NCBI GenBank assembly: GCA_947053455.1
Contig: CAMRSV010000002.1
Span: 57,502 to 121,501, forward strand
Length of the DNA stretch: 64,000 bases
Direction: 5' to 3'
Origin: an uncultured Alphaproteobacteria bacterium
GTDB taxonomy: Bacteria; Pseudomonadota; Alphaproteobacteria; Rs-D84
Part shown: piece by piece, positions 32,329 through 43,095 of the stretch
How positions within the stretch are numbered: position 1 is the stretch's first letter
Layout: each line of letters starts with the position of its first letter
Position numbers and translations under genes: made by a program
Notes under the pieces: model-generated
Told to the model about the DNA's origin: nothing
Database searches by the model: none
Seen by the model: the letters and a program-made list of their open reading frames with translations, nothing else

Positions 32329-34119
32329 TTATTCGCCGATAAATCCATCCGACTGCATCCGCCACAGTCTGGCGTATTCGCCACCGCGACGCATCAATTG
32401 TGTGTGCGTTCCAGATTCCAATATTTTTCCGTGATTTATCACAACAATCCTGTCCATGTTGCGCAAGGTTGATAATCTATGCGCGATGGCAATTGTGGTA
32501 CGGCCGGCGGACAAATCGTCAAACGATTTTTGAATCGCAATTTCTGTTTCACTGTCCAGGGCAGATGTTGCCTCATCCAGAATCAATACCGGGGCATCTT
32601 TTAAAAATGCACGGGCAATGGCGACACGCTGACGTTGGCCACCGGATAATTTAATTCCGCGGTCACCAACCATGGAATCATACTTCTTTTCCGTTGCCAT
32701 GATAAATTCGTCGGCACTGGCGCGGCGCGCGGCGTCACGAATTTCACGCAATGAAGCATCCGCACGTCCATAACCAATATTTTCACGCACTGTGCGGTTA
32801 AACATTGTCGGTTCCTGGGGGATAAAGGCAATACTTTCACGCAAAGAATCCTGGGTAACGTCGCGAATATTTTGCCCGTCGATTAATATTTCACCGCGAG
32901 CCGGATCATAAAAACGCATCAGCAAATTTACCAATGTCGTTTTACCCGCACCCGACGCCCCAACGAGCCCCACACGTTCACCGGGATTTATCGTCAGGTT
33001 AAAATCACGCAGTACCCATTTGTTCTTATACTTGAACCAAACCTTTTTAAATTCGATTTTACCGCGCGTAACGACCAGTGCTGGTGCATTCGGTGCATCT
33101 TGAACGTCAATTGGAATGATAAGTTCATCATAAGATTTTTTCGCACTGCCGATTTTATCAACAATTTCCGGAATCATGTCAACGATTGCCCCAATTGAAC
33201 CCATAACGGAAAAATAAACCGATGTCGTAAATACAATTTCACTTAATTTCATTTCGCCGCGTACAAATAAATACACACACAAAAACAACGTTGCGCCGTA
33301 CATTATATCCCAGACAATGCTGGGCACGGCCCAAAACAAACGCTGGACATACGACGAATAAATTGCGTCACGAATACGCTTTGCACGTGGAGCGCGCAAA
33401 TACTCGCGTTCTTTTTTGGCGCCGGCAAACAATTTTACAATTGAAAAGTTTGATAAACTGTCCACCAATTTCCCCGACAGAGTTGAATAAGATTCACTGG
33501 CCTGTTTTGATGCGTTGTGCATTTTTTTCATCAGCGCCAAACTATACACCAAACGGAACGCAAACACGCCACCCAATATCATCGCAACATAGCGATTTAT
33601 ACCGATAAGCAGCCCGACGTTCAGCAACATAATCAGAACCAACGCCGACACACGAAACAAACGGTTTACAATAAAAACCCCGTCGGAAACATAATTTATC
33701 TGGCTGTTAATTTTGCCGGCCATGCGCCCGGTCCAGAACGACATAGATTGATTTTGCGTATATTCTGTCAAGATTTCCGATATTTGATTTTTTATAATCG
33801 GACTCAATCGTGAAAAGTACATATCACGCAATGTCGCACCAAGTGTAAAGGACATTTCTAATCCGATAATTATCAGCAATGTTGGCAACGCATGCATCAC
33901 AAATTCCTGCATTCCCGTTACCGGATATTCAAACAATGCAATAAACCAACGTTGTGTCATGGGAAACCACATACCGCCCGAAACACCCCAAAACATTACT
34001 ATTGCCCATGCAATCAACAACGCCCAATGCCCGCGCGCAGCATACTTTACATAAAATTTCCACAGTGATTTAGGCAACGCGCCCGATTGTTGTAATTTCT
34101 TTGCGTCTTTCATCATCAT
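32329..34119 (-). CDS. ABC exporter, fused permease/ATPase (MdlB/MsbA-like)
   Basis: GASGAGKT, LSGGQRQR, ILDEATSALD, IAHRLST; N-terminal TMD. Confidence 0.93.
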   Translation of the reverse strand: MMMKDAKKLQQSGALPKSLWKFYVKYAARGHWALLIAWAIVMFWGVSGGMWFPMTQRWFIALFEYPVTGMQEFVMHALPTLLIIIGLEMSFTLGATLRDMYFSRLSPIIKNQISEILTEYTQNQSMSFWTGRMAGKINSQINYVSDGVFIVNRLFRVSALVLIMLLNVGLLIGINRYVAMILGGVFAFRLVYSLALMKKMHNASKQASESYSTLSGKLVDSLSNFSIVKLFAGAKKEREYLRAPRAKRIRDAIYSSYVQRLFWAVPSIVWDIMYGATLFLCVYLFVRGEMKLSEIVFTTSVYFSVMGSIGAIVDMIPEIVDKIGSAKKSYDELIIPIDVQDAPNAPALVVTRGKIEFKKVWFKYKNKWVLRDFNLTINPGERVGLVGASGAGKTTLVNLLMRFYDPARGEILIDGQNIRDVTQDSLRESIAFIPQEPTMFNRTVRENIGYGRADASLREIRDAARRASADEFIMATEKKYDSMVGDRGIKLSGGQRQRVAIARAFLKDAPVLILDEATSALDSETEIAIQKSFDDLSAGRTTIAIAHRLSTLRNMDRIVVINHGKILESGTHTQLMRRGGEYARLWRMQSDGFIGE

Positions 34120-34139
34120 TTCCCCATATTGCGTCCAGA

Positions 34140-34245
34140 CAAACGTTCGTTTTGATTGGGCGTTTTTAATTTTTTACACATCCCACAAATCCGGGATTTT
34201 TGCCACTGGTGTTCGGTTATATTCAAACGAACGTTTTGATTGGGC
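34140..34245. promoter_or_regulatory. Two 22-bp near-identical boxes in the ABC exporter leader
   Basis: caaacgttcgttttgattgggc (34140-34161) and caaacgaacgttttgattgggc (34224-34245). Confidence 0.5.
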
Positions 34246-34382
34246 ATAAAAAAAAGGTTAAAAATCCCGGTAATCCGGGTCAAAAGTCGAAAATGCACGA
34301 CACTAAAGAAACGTTGGTTTTAATTGTGCACGCTATCCAACTTTGTGCGGATTATATACACAACAATATTTTTATTCAAGAT

Positions 34383-36161
34383 TTATTTTACAACAATATC
34401 ATGAAATATTTCGGCCGGAATTGTACCACCCGTTATTTTTGACGACATCGGGGTAAAATCGTCATTTCCGACCCACACACCCACAATCATATTGTTTGTT
34501 GCGCCGACAAACCACGCGTCACGGTTACCATTGCTGGTTCCAGTTTTTCCACCCAGAACATTCTTACCCGCTGCGCGTCGCCCGGTGCCGCCGGTGCGCA
34601 CAACATCGGACAACAGTTCTGTCATATACCCAACCGTATCTGCCCCCAGCACAGGTATCGGGTCGGACGGATTTCGTTCATACAGAACATTACCCATCGG
34701 GTCGGTTATTTTTGTAATGGAATATGGCCGCACCGATGCACCATCATTCCAAATAACGGCGTAAATCGTCGTCAAATCCAGCAGCGTCATTTCCGATGCA
34801 CCCAAAACCGTTGAATATTCACGGCGCAGTTTGGTGCCAACCCCCAATCGACCCGCCATATCCAATACCGCGTCAATTCCATACGTTTCGGTTAATTTTA
34901 ACGGTACGGAATTCACACTTTTTGAAAATGCAGTGGACAATTTAATGTCCCCGTAATAACGTTCGTTATAATTTTTTGGATTATAATCGCCAATTGCAAA
35001 CGGTGAATCATTTACATACGTATCCGGCGTCATACCGTTTTCCAGCGCGACCAGATACACAACAGGCTTGAACGCGCTGCCCGGTTGACGCGGGGCAATG
35101 GCGCGATTAAACTGGCTGGTTTGGTAATCGGCACCGCCGGCCATTGCGCGCACCGCGCCCGAATACGTCATGGCGACAACCGCCCCCTGATAATCACCAA
35201 CTTTTTTTGGCAAAATATTGGCAACGCGTTCCTGTAAGCCCATGTCCAGCGTGGTGTACACATACATATCGGATTCAAAGCCGCCAATACGCGAACGCAC
35301 CTCGTCCAGGACAAAGTCCGTCCAATAACGATATGCATTTGTGTCCGGGGTCGGTGTGGCAGCAGACAAAGATTGCGCCGCAATACGCGCCTGGTTTAAT
35401 GTAATATATCCCTGGCGCACCATTTCGGTTAGAACCACACGAGCGCGCGCAATGTTTTTTTCCGGATGCTGCAACGGGCTGTATGTTGTCGGCGCCTTTA
35501 GCATGGCGGCAATCTGTGCGGCCTGGGCAATGGTCATGTTATTTGCAGACGTCTGGAACATTGTGCGCGCGGCGGCGTCAATCCCGCGCATCCCCCCCAC
35601 CAGTGACACACGGTTCATGTATAAATCCAAAACCTGGTTTTTATTAAAACGATTTTCCAACCAGTATGATAAAATCAATTCCTGAATCTTGCGCGATATT
35701 GTTTTTTTTCGTGATAAGAATATGTTTTTTGCGGTCTGTTGCGTAATGGACGAACCACCCGCCGCAATACGCCCATGAATTATGTTTGACAACACCGCCC
35801 GTGTAATGCCGCGTACATCAATGGGTCCGTGTTTAAAGAAACGCTTGTCTTCAATTGCGACAATCGCCTGCCATACGTGTGGTGGCAACGTTTCAACCGA
35901 CACCGGTGTACCCATTATTCGGTTTGACGCACGAATTTCTGTTCCGTTTTTATCCAAGAATATAACCGCCGCAGGGCGCGTTTCATGCAATATTGCATCC
36001 AAAGACGGCATCTGCAGAAAAATCACCAATACATATGCCGCCACCGCAACCACACACATCAAAAACAGATTCAATAAATAAATTAGCATACGCCGCCTGA
36101 ATGATGGGGCGGGCTTTTCATCAATTTTCCTAACTGCTTCGCGACGCGGCATGGCGTGCAT
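34383..36161 (-). CDS. Class A penicillin-binding protein (PBP1A family)
   Basis: EDKRF..H, GGSSITQQ.AKN, RK.QE; QPGSAFK, SVN, KTGT. Confidence 0.93.
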   Translation of the reverse strand: MHAMPRREAVRKIDEKPAPSFRRRMLIYLLNLFLMCVVAVAAYVLVIFLQMPSLDAILHETRPAAVIFLDKNGTEIRASNRIMGTPVSVETLPPHVWQAIVAIEDKRFFKHGPIDVRGITRAVLSNIIHGRIAAGGSSITQQTAKNIFLSRKKTISRKIQELILSYWLENRFNKNQVLDLYMNRVSLVGGMRGIDAAARTMFQTSANNMTIAQAAQIAAMLKAPTTYSPLQHPEKNIARARVVLTEMVRQGYITLNQARIAAQSLSAATPTPDTNAYRYWTDFVLDEVRSRIGGFESDMYVYTTLDMGLQERVANILPKKVGDYQGAVVAMTYSGAVRAMAGGADYQTSQFNRAIAPRQPGSAFKPVVYLVALENGMTPDTYVNDSPFAIGDYNPKNYNERYYGDIKLSTAFSKSVNSVPLKLTETYGIDAVLDMAGRLGVGTKLRREYSTVLGASEMTLLDLTTIYAVIWNDGASVRPYSITKITDPMGNVLYERNPSDPIPVLGADTVGYMTELLSDVVRTGGTGRRAAGKNVLGGKTGTSNGNRDAWFVGATNNMIVGVWVGNDDFTPMSSKITGGTIPAEIFHDIVVK

Positions 36162-36248
36162 ATCTCCTTTTGGGAAAAATTATACCACAAATAAAAACAG
36201 CCCCGCCATAAAAAAGGATATTAAAAATCCCCCATTCGGGGGATTTAA

Positions 36249-36821
36249 TTATTTGTACACAACAACCATTGCAGTTCGCAGAACACTGTCGCCAAACATA
36301 TATCCGGCCTGCATTTCCGCCGCGATTGTATCGGGTTCTGGTTTTGCATCCACATCCGATGGTATCGGCATTATTTGAATCGCATTATGAAACTGCGGAT
36401 TTAATTTTTCCCCGACCGTACCAATACGCGTAATTCCAATCTGGGCAAAGACAGATTCCAGCGCACGCGCCATAGATTTTATTCCATCGTCATCGGGACT
36501 GTGCTTCAATGCGGCATCCACTGCGTCCATAACCGGCAATATTTTTCCCGCAATCGACATTGCACGCGTGCGCGCCATGCTTTCCGCATCAATTGCCGCA
36601 CGGCGACGTGTATTTTCCAATTCGGCCGCCATGCGCAAATATTTGTCGTTTAATTCGCGAACTTGCGCAATCAGAGTTTCCACTTGATTCTCGCACTTGT
36701 CACCGTCCGCAGGATTTGCAGCATTACACTTGGCGCCAGCATTTACGTTCACATCATTATTTGCGACGCCCGCCGCATCGTCCAGTGATACTTCCTCTAC
36801 CTTTACTTCTTTTTCTTCCAT
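36249..36821 (-). CDS. grpE: Nucleotide exchange factor GrpE
   Basis: YLRMAAELENTRRR, ILPVMD, PQFHNA, GY...VLRTAMVVV. Confidence 0.93.
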   Translation of the reverse strand: MEEKEVKVEEVSLDDAAGVANNDVNVNAGAKCNAANPADGDKCENQVETLIAQVRELNDKYLRMAAELENTRRRAAIDAESMARTRAMSIAGKILPVMDAVDAALKHSPDDDGIKSMARALESVFAQIGITRIGTVGEKLNPQFHNAIQIMPIPSDVDAKPEPDTIAAEMQAGYMFGDSVLRTAMVVVYK

Positions 36822-36885
36822 GATATTACCTATCTCAAAACTTTGTGGGGGCGGCGGATTTGCCCCCGACGCCACCACTATATAA

Positions 36886-37590
36886 TTATTTCATACTGGT
36901 TATTATAGGTATGAAATCATCCGGCGTCAAGGATGCGCCGCCAACCAACACGCCGTCAACGTTCGCAATGGACATAATTTGCGCCGCATTCGCCCCCTTT
37001 ACACTTGCACCATAGAGCACCGGTGTACCGCCCCGCCCCATGGATTCCAATGTTTTCGCAATTAGTGTATGTGCCTGTGCAATTTCGGCGTCCGTCGGTG
37101 TTAGTCCCGCCCCAATCGCCCAGCGCGGTTCATACGCAATTATAACATCAGTTTCCGGCATATCCGGCACAGATTCACGCACACCCGATTCAATGATGGC
37201 CATAGTTTTGCCGGCCTGTTTTTCTTCCATTGTTTCACCGACACAAATAATCGGTGTCAGGCCATGCGTCAATGCGGCGGCCGCCTTTTCGCGTACAATG
37301 TCATTTGTTTCATTATGATACATGCGTCGTTCACTGTGCCCAACAATTACATACTTTGCCCCGGCATCGCGCAGCATTTGTGCAGACACTTCGCCGGTAT
37401 AAGCGCCTTTTTCATGTGAACTTACATCCTGTGCCCCCAGCGCCACTGTTGAATCAATTGGTTGAATCATTGTAAACGGCACACACAACACAACGCGGTT
37501 ATTTGTTTCCACCACCCCCAGTGCCGCAACCATTTCCGACAATGCTGCACGACTGCCGTTCATTTTCCAGTTTCCTGCAATTATTTTCAT
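36886..37590 (-). CDS. tpiA: Triosephosphate isomerase
   Basis: AGNWKMN, GAYTGEVS, GHSERR, AYEP.WAIG, LVGGASL. Confidence 0.97.
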   Translation of the reverse strand: MKIIAGNWKMNGSRAALSEMVAALGVVETNNRVVLCVPFTMIQPIDSTVALGAQDVSSHEKGAYTGEVSAQMLRDAGAKYVIVGHSERRMYHNETNDIVREKAAAALTHGLTPIICVGETMEEKQAGKTMAIIESGVRESVPDMPETDVIIAYEPRWAIGAGLTPTDAEIAQAHTLIAKTLESMGRGGTPVLYGASVKGANAAQIMSIANVDGVLVGGASLTPDDFIPIITSMK

Positions 37591-37657
37591 ATTTTTTCCC
37601 CTTTTTTAATTGATTTGTATTACATCGTTTTGCTATGGTAGCGCAAAAGGGGATCAA

Positions 37658-39073
37658 ATGCTAGAATATTTACGCAATGCGGCGGAAAAACCGCTGGCAA
37701 AAATTTTAATTGGAATTTTGGCCTTTTCTTTCGTGGGCTGGGGGGTTGCCGAATATATTTTCGGCGGCGGAATGCAGAATGCAAACACCTTGGCACGCGT
37801 CGGGGGCGAGGCCGTTACAATGCAGCAATTTAATATGGAAAAATCACGTGTAATGTCAAACATGACACGCGAACAGCAACGTGCCGTATATGCCGACCCG
37901 GCCGCCACAATGGCATTTTCAGATGCAATTATGTCGACACTGGTCACACAGCAAATGGCAAATTCACGCGCCACCGATTTAGGATTTGTTGTATCCGATG
38001 CGCGCATCGCACGCGAAATCCGCGAATTTCCAGAATTTCAAATGAACGGACAGTTTTCAACCGCAATGTTTGACGCGGTGTTGGCACATTCCGGATATAC
38101 AGAGGCGGACTTTGCAAACATCCTACGCGGACAGATTTTGCGTTCAATGACACTGGGGTCAATGTCAATTCCGCTGCCGGTTACGGGTTTTGCGGCGGAT
38201 GCCATGTATAACGCCCGCCATGGCATGCGTGACATTGAATATGCAACGGTAAAATTTTCAGATTTCAAGGCCGGCACACCCACCGATGCCCAGCTGCGTG
38301 AATTTTACAATCAAAACCCACATATGATTCCCGAAATGCGCAGCGTATCTTATGTACTGATTCCGGCCGACATGTCCAAGCCGGATTCATACGATGCGGC
38401 ATATAAAACCGCACAAAGTGTCGAAGATGATATTATCGGCGGCGAGCCTTTATCAAAAGCGGCATCAACGCACAAGGCGAGATTCAAATCATTTAAGGCG
38501 TTTGACGCGGCACATCGCCCAGCAGACGAATTGATGACTGACGCAATTGTCGCCAAAATATTTTCCATGGACGAAGGGATTGAATCCGAACTAATCGAAA
38601 CATCCAAGGGTTTTGTAATCATCCGTGTCGACACAATTACGCCCGCACACAATGCCGAATTTGATGCGGTAAAAAAGAATCTGGTGGCGGATTGGACGCG
38701 CGATGCACGCCGCAAGCAGGCATATGTAAAAGCGAATGAATTGCTTGTTGATTTGAACAAGGATGGAAAACTGTCCGGCAAAAAATCGGCAACCGTTTCG
38801 CGTACATCAGGTGCACCCGCGGCAGTACTGGTTTCAGCGTTCAGCAGCCCGGTTGGTACAAATGCAATAATACCGGATGTGGATGCGTTTTATGTCATAT
38901 CGGTAAAATCTGAAAAGGCGCCAAAAATTGATACAAAAAATATGGCGAATATTAAGAACGAACTTCAGAACATGTCAATCCGCATGCTGATGGATGATTA
39001 TAATTCATTCCTGATGCGGACATACCCGATAAAAATAAATTCCAAGGTATACAAACGCTTCTTTAACCAATAA
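37658..39073 (+). CDS. PpiD/SurA-N periplasmic chaperone
   Basis: MLEYLR..AKILIGIL.FSF..WG N-terminus; divergent from tpiA as is usual in alphaproteobacteria. Confidence 0.8.
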   Translation: MLEYLRNAAEKPLAKILIGILAFSFVGWGVAEYIFGGGMQNANTLARVGGEAVTMQQFNMEKSRVMSNMTREQQRAVYADPAATMAFSDAIMSTLVTQQMANSRATDLGFVVSDARIAREIREFPEFQMNGQFSTAMFDAVLAHSGYTEADFANILRGQILRSMTLGSMSIPLPVTGFAADAMYNARHGMRDIEYATVKFSDFKAGTPTDAQLREFYNQNPHMIPEMRSVSYVLIPADMSKPDSYDAAYKTAQSVEDDIIGGEPLSKAASTHKARFKSFKAFDAAHRPADELMTDAIVAKIFSMDEGIESELIETSKGFVIIRVDTITPAHNAEFDAVKKNLVADWTRDARRKQAYVKANELLVDLNKDGKLSGKKSATVSRTSGAPAAVLVSAFSSPVGTNAIIPDVDAFYVISVKSEKAPKIDTKNMANIKNELQNMSIRMLMDDYNSFLMRTYPIKINSKVYKRFFNQ

Positions 39074-39154
39074 AAGGCGCCCCGATATGGGGCGTTTTCT
39101 TTATCCTATATTCTTATTGAATATTTACAATATTTTGACTAAATTTCATTATAT

Positions 39155-41209
39155 ATGAAAAAAGAACTTTTTGATTTTCTTATAACCGATTTGCAGTTTA
39201 TCAAGGGTGTGGGGCCGGTACTCGCCGCACGCTTTGACGATGTTCTGGGCGGACGACGTGTGATTGATTTTCTAATGCACCGGCCATCGTATGTTCGCGC
39301 ACGTGATGTCACCGAATGTATTAAAGATGCAACACCTGGCGATGTGGTGACGGTACCGCTGCTGGTAAAATCGCACCGTTCGGGGCGCGTATTTCGTGGG
39401 CGCCGTATTCCAACCCAGATTGTATGTAATGACAAAATGGGAAATGCCGTCACGGTTCAGTTTTTTAATGCAAATTTTCTGGATTACTGGTTGAAGAAAC
39501 TGCCCGTCGGGCAATGGCGTATGATTAGTGGAAAACTTGAAAAATCAACCCGACCAACAATCAATCATCCAGACTTTATTGAAGAAATGCAAAACGCCGA
39601 CCGCATCCCATCAGCCCAGGCGATATACCCAGCAGGCGAAGGATTGACCCAGAAAACATTTGCGTCCGTGCGTGACCAAATTTTTGGTGCGCTGAACGAT
39701 AAAATATCCGCAGATGAAGACGCACGCTTGATTGAATTTTTTGACGCATTGCGGCATGTACATTTTGCCACATCTGATGCAGATTTGGCGCCACAATCAG
39801 AATACATGATAAAATTAGCATATTGGGAATTACTGGCGCAACAGTCGGCGATTGCAATTAGCCGGCGCAACCGCCAAAACGAAAAAAATCGCCGCATTCC
39901 GCGCACGAAAAAATATGATTTGATGGAAAAATTTAATTCCACCCTGCCCTTTGAAATGACGGTGGCGCAAACGCGAACATTGAATGAAATTTTTGACGAT
40001 ATGTCAAATGACATCCCGATGATGCGCCTGGTTCAGGGTGACGTTGGAAGTGGTAAAACAATCGTCGCCATGGCTGCCGCTGTAAAAATGGCAGAAACAG
40101 GCGGTCAAACGGCATTCTTGGCCCCGACAGACACGTTGGCACAGCAGCATTTTGCAAAGCTAAAACCAATGTGCGATAAAATCGGAATTGTATGCGATAT
40201 TTTAACCGGCCGCGACAAGGGTGCGGGGCGACGTGAAAAACTAATATCACTGCGCTCCGGACGCACACGCGTTGTTATTGGAACGCATGCCCTATTTTCA
40301 ACCGATGTCGAATACAAGGATTTGGGACTAGTTATAATTGACGAACAACACCGCTTTGGTGTTTCCCAACGCGAAGCTCTGCGCGCCAAGGGTGCAAATC
40401 CAGATATGCTGGCGCTATCAGCGACGCCGATTCCGCGGACACTATCCATGACAATATATGGCGACATGGATGTATCTATTATAAATGAAAAACCCGCGGG
40501 ACGCATTCCAATTAAAACAACAAAATTGTCCGCCACACGCATGGCTGAACTGATTGTGCGAATAAAGGCACAGATTGATAATGGTGCCAAAGTATTCTGG
40601 GTATGTCCACTGGTCGATGAAACAGAAACCACGGATATGTCTGCCGCCCAGGCGCGCTATGATGAATTAAAGAAATATTTCCAGACAGTCGGTTTGGTTC
40701 ACGGCCAAATGGATAAAAAACAGCGCGACCGCATAATGGCAGAATTTGCCGACGATAATTCAAATATGCAAATATTGGTTGCAACCACGGTTATAGAGGT
40801 TGGAATAGACGTCCCACGCGCAACGATAATCGTAATTGAAAACGCCGAACGATTTGGTCTGGCGGCGTTGCACCAACTGCGCGGGCGTGTTGGGCGTGGC
40901 AATCTGCAATCATACTGCATATTAGTCTTTGGCCGCAACGCCAGCGAAGACGGTCTAAAACGTCTGGAAATACTATGCGAGACGAACGACGGATTCGTCA
41001 TTGCAGAACAAGACTTGATGATGCGCGGCACGGGGGAACTGCTGGGGACACGGCAAAGCGGCTGGATAAACTATCACTTTGTAAATTACCGCGAACACCG
41101 CGATTTATTCCGCTTGGCGACAAATGCAGCGCGCGAAATGGAAACCCCCGACGCGTGGACGCGTGACCTGATGTATATTTTTGACCGTGGTGCTACAATC
41201 AATGCATAA
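39155..41209 (+). CDS. recG: ATP-dependent DNA helicase RecG
   Basis: QGDVGSGKT, DEQHRFG, SATPIPR, LHQLRGRVGR, DGF.IAE.DL..RG.GE. Confidence 0.96.
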   Translation: MKKELFDFLITDLQFIKGVGPVLAARFDDVLGGRRVIDFLMHRPSYVRARDVTECIKDATPGDVVTVPLLVKSHRSGRVFRGRRIPTQIVCNDKMGNAVTVQFFNANFLDYWLKKLPVGQWRMISGKLEKSTRPTINHPDFIEEMQNADRIPSAQAIYPAGEGLTQKTFASVRDQIFGALNDKISADEDARLIEFFDALRHVHFATSDADLAPQSEYMIKLAYWELLAQQSAIAISRRNRQNEKNRRIPRTKKYDLMEKFNSTLPFEMTVAQTRTLNEIFDDMSNDIPMMRLVQGDVGSGKTIVAMAAAVKMAETGGQTAFLAPTDTLAQQHFAKLKPMCDKIGIVCDILTGRDKGAGRREKLISLRSGRTRVVIGTHALFSTDVEYKDLGLVIIDEQHRFGVSQREALRAKGANPDMLALSATPIPRTLSMTIYGDMDVSIINEKPAGRIPIKTTKLSATRMAELIVRIKAQIDNGAKVFWVCPLVDETETTDMSAAQARYDELKKYFQTVGLVHGQMDKKQRDRIMAEFADDNSNMQILVATTVIEVGIDVPRATIIVIENAERFGLAALHQLRGRVGRGNLQSYCILVFGRNASEDGLKRLEILCETNDGFVIAEQDLMMRGTGELLGTRQSGWINYHFVNYREHRDLFRLATNAAREMETPDAWTRDLMYIFDRGATINA

Positions 41210-42497
41210 AATAATTGCGTTCTTTATGATGATATTGTTCGCCGCAAATGCAGGCGCCGCATCATTGATAAATGATACCGAAACAGAACGCGTTATCGGT
41301 GAGCTTATTGCGCCATTGGGGCGGGCGGCTAATATCCCGCAATCACGCCTAAAAATAAACATCATAAACGACGATGATTTTAATGCGTTCGTAATGGGCG
41401 GCGAGGATGTGTACCTTTATACCGGATTGCTAAAAAACATAAAATCGCCCGATGCATTGCAGGCGGTGGTCGCCCATGAACTGGGGCATACACTGGGCGG
41501 ACACATGGCACAAATGTCTGCACGAATGAACGCGGAACTAAAACGCACGATGCTGATTCAGGCGCTGGGAATTGGCCTTATGGTGGCGGGCGGCAACCCG
41601 TCACTGGGTGCTGGTGTTTTGGCGGGTTCCAGCGGCATTGCACAGCAATCAATGCTGTCATTTTCACGCGACGAAGAAAGAATTGCGGACAACATGGGAC
41701 TAGATTTAATGGTTCGCGCGGGACAAAACCCAAACGGATTTATTGATGTATTTTTACAAATGCGTGAAATGACGGGCGCGGCAGAATCACGTATAAACCC
41801 AAACAGAATAAACCATCCGTTGACGAATGAAAGATTAAAGAATGTTCGCGAACAAATTGCTGTATTAAAAAACGTACAAATACCGGACAAAAAAACAGAT
41901 GCATCGCGTCGTGAAAAATATGATTTGGTTCGTGCAAAACTTATTGGGTACCTAGACCCGCCGGAAAGGGTAAAAACAATTTACCCAAATTCCGACAAAT
42001 CAAATCCGGCACTGTACGCACGCGCAATTGCAAACATGCGCGGCGGAAATCTGGATGCCGCACGAATGGGGACAAAAACATTAATATCACGCGCACCCGA
42101 CAATCCGTATTTTTATGAACTGTTGGGGGATATTGAATACCAATTTGGTCATTATGACGACAGTATTGACGCATATGATAAATCATTGGTTCTGGCCGGC
42201 GATGCACCGCAAATTCAAACCGCTGCGGCACTGGTTCTGGCGGAACGTAACAAACCCGGCGACCGGACGCGTGCATTAGATTTATGCCGACGCGCAACAT
42301 TATCTGCACCGGCACCTCTTACCTATTGGGTGATGGCGCGCGCATTTGATGATGGGCGCGCGGACTGGGCACGGGCAGAGTACTATAAAATGCTGGGGGA
42401 TGATAAAAATGCAAAAAAATATGCACGACGCGCACAAAAGACACTAAAAAAAGACAGTCCTGAATATATTAAATCCGGAGACATTTTACATAAATAA
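41202..42497 (+). CDS. M48 metalloprotease with TPRs (BepA-like)
   Basis: NAFV.GG, AHELGH, FSRDEE..AD, HP...R; TPR C-terminus. Confidence 0.88.
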   Translation: MHKIIAFFMMILFAANAGAASLINDTETERVIGELIAPLGRAANIPQSRLKINIINDDDFNAFVMGGEDVYLYTGLLKNIKSPDALQAVVAHELGHTLGGHMAQMSARMNAELKRTMLIQALGIGLMVAGGNPSLGAGVLAGSSGIAQQSMLSFSRDEERIADNMGLDLMVRAGQNPNGFIDVFLQMREMTGAAESRINPNRINHPLTNERLKNVREQIAVLKNVQIPDKKTDASRREKYDLVRAKLIGYLDPPERVKTIYPNSDKSNPALYARAIANMRGGNLDAARMGTKTLISRAPDNPYFYELLGDIEYQFGHYDDSIDAYDKSLVLAGDAPQIQTAAALVLAERNKPGDRTRALDLCRRATLSAPAPLTYWVMARAFDDGRADWARAEYYKMLGDDKNAKKYARRAQKTLKKDSPEYIKSGDILHK

Positions 42498-42524
42498 AAA
42501 TCCCGCATTTGCGGGATTTATTTA

Positions 42525-42677
42525 TTATCTGCAACCGCCAGTCGCATTACCGATAATTTTGGAGATAGAAATATCCTTGTGCAGCAAGAAATCATATTCG
42601 CAGTTACCGGATTTATACGAACCAGTGCAGGCAGCCAAAGTCATAACGGCAAACAAAGCCAACATTACTTTTTTCAT
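42525..42677 (-). CDS. Small lipoprotein (not in ORF track)
   Basis: Hand translation MKKVMLALFAVMTLAACTGSYKSGNCEYDFLLHKDISISKIIGNATGGCR*; LAAC lipobox; AAGGAG RBS. Confidence 0.75.
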   Translation of the reverse strand: MKKVMLALFAVMTLAACTGSYKSGNCEYDFLLHKDISISKIIGNATGGCR

Positions 42678-42741
42678 TTTTTCTCCTTTTTGTTAAAAAG
42701 CATGTTGGTATTATATAGGAAATCATTCGGATTGGCAAGAT

Positions 42742-43095
42742 TTATATAACATTTTTTGCCCAGTGAACCCGCCACCCACATACAATAATCACATCAAATC
42801 GCGCACTGCCACGCCATTGCCGTTTCATCAAGTACGTTTCCGCAGCACATCGCAAACGCGCCGCCTGATGTGTGGTAATAGCTTTCCAGCCGGCATCTAA
42901 CGTCGGGCGACTTTTGACCTCTATGAAAACGATTGCGTTACCACGGCGCGCAATTATATCTATTTCGGCGCGGTTCGTATTTTTTCCGGTGACATACCGA
43001 TTACACAAAATTTTATACCCACGAAACCGCAAAAACATACGCGCAATAAATTCTGCACGCAACCCCGTTTTATAGGAATTAAAATCAGAACGCAT
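42742..43095 (-). CDS. yraN: YraN family nuclease
   Basis: G..AE..A..FL...GY.IL..R, EIDIIA, FIEVKSR, RFDVI. Confidence 0.9.
   Translation of the reverse strand: MRSDFNSYKTGLRAEFIARMFLRFRGYKILCNRYVTGKNTNRAEIDIIARRGNAIVFIEVKSRPTLDAGWKAITTHQAARLRCAAETYLMKRQWRGSARFDVIIVCGWRVHWAKNVI

Noticed and set aside
36843-36880. Acceptor piece of a permuted alphaproteobacterial tmRNA
   Set aside because: Resembles the T-arm but ends ACAA rather than ACCA, and no coding piece or tag ORF follows
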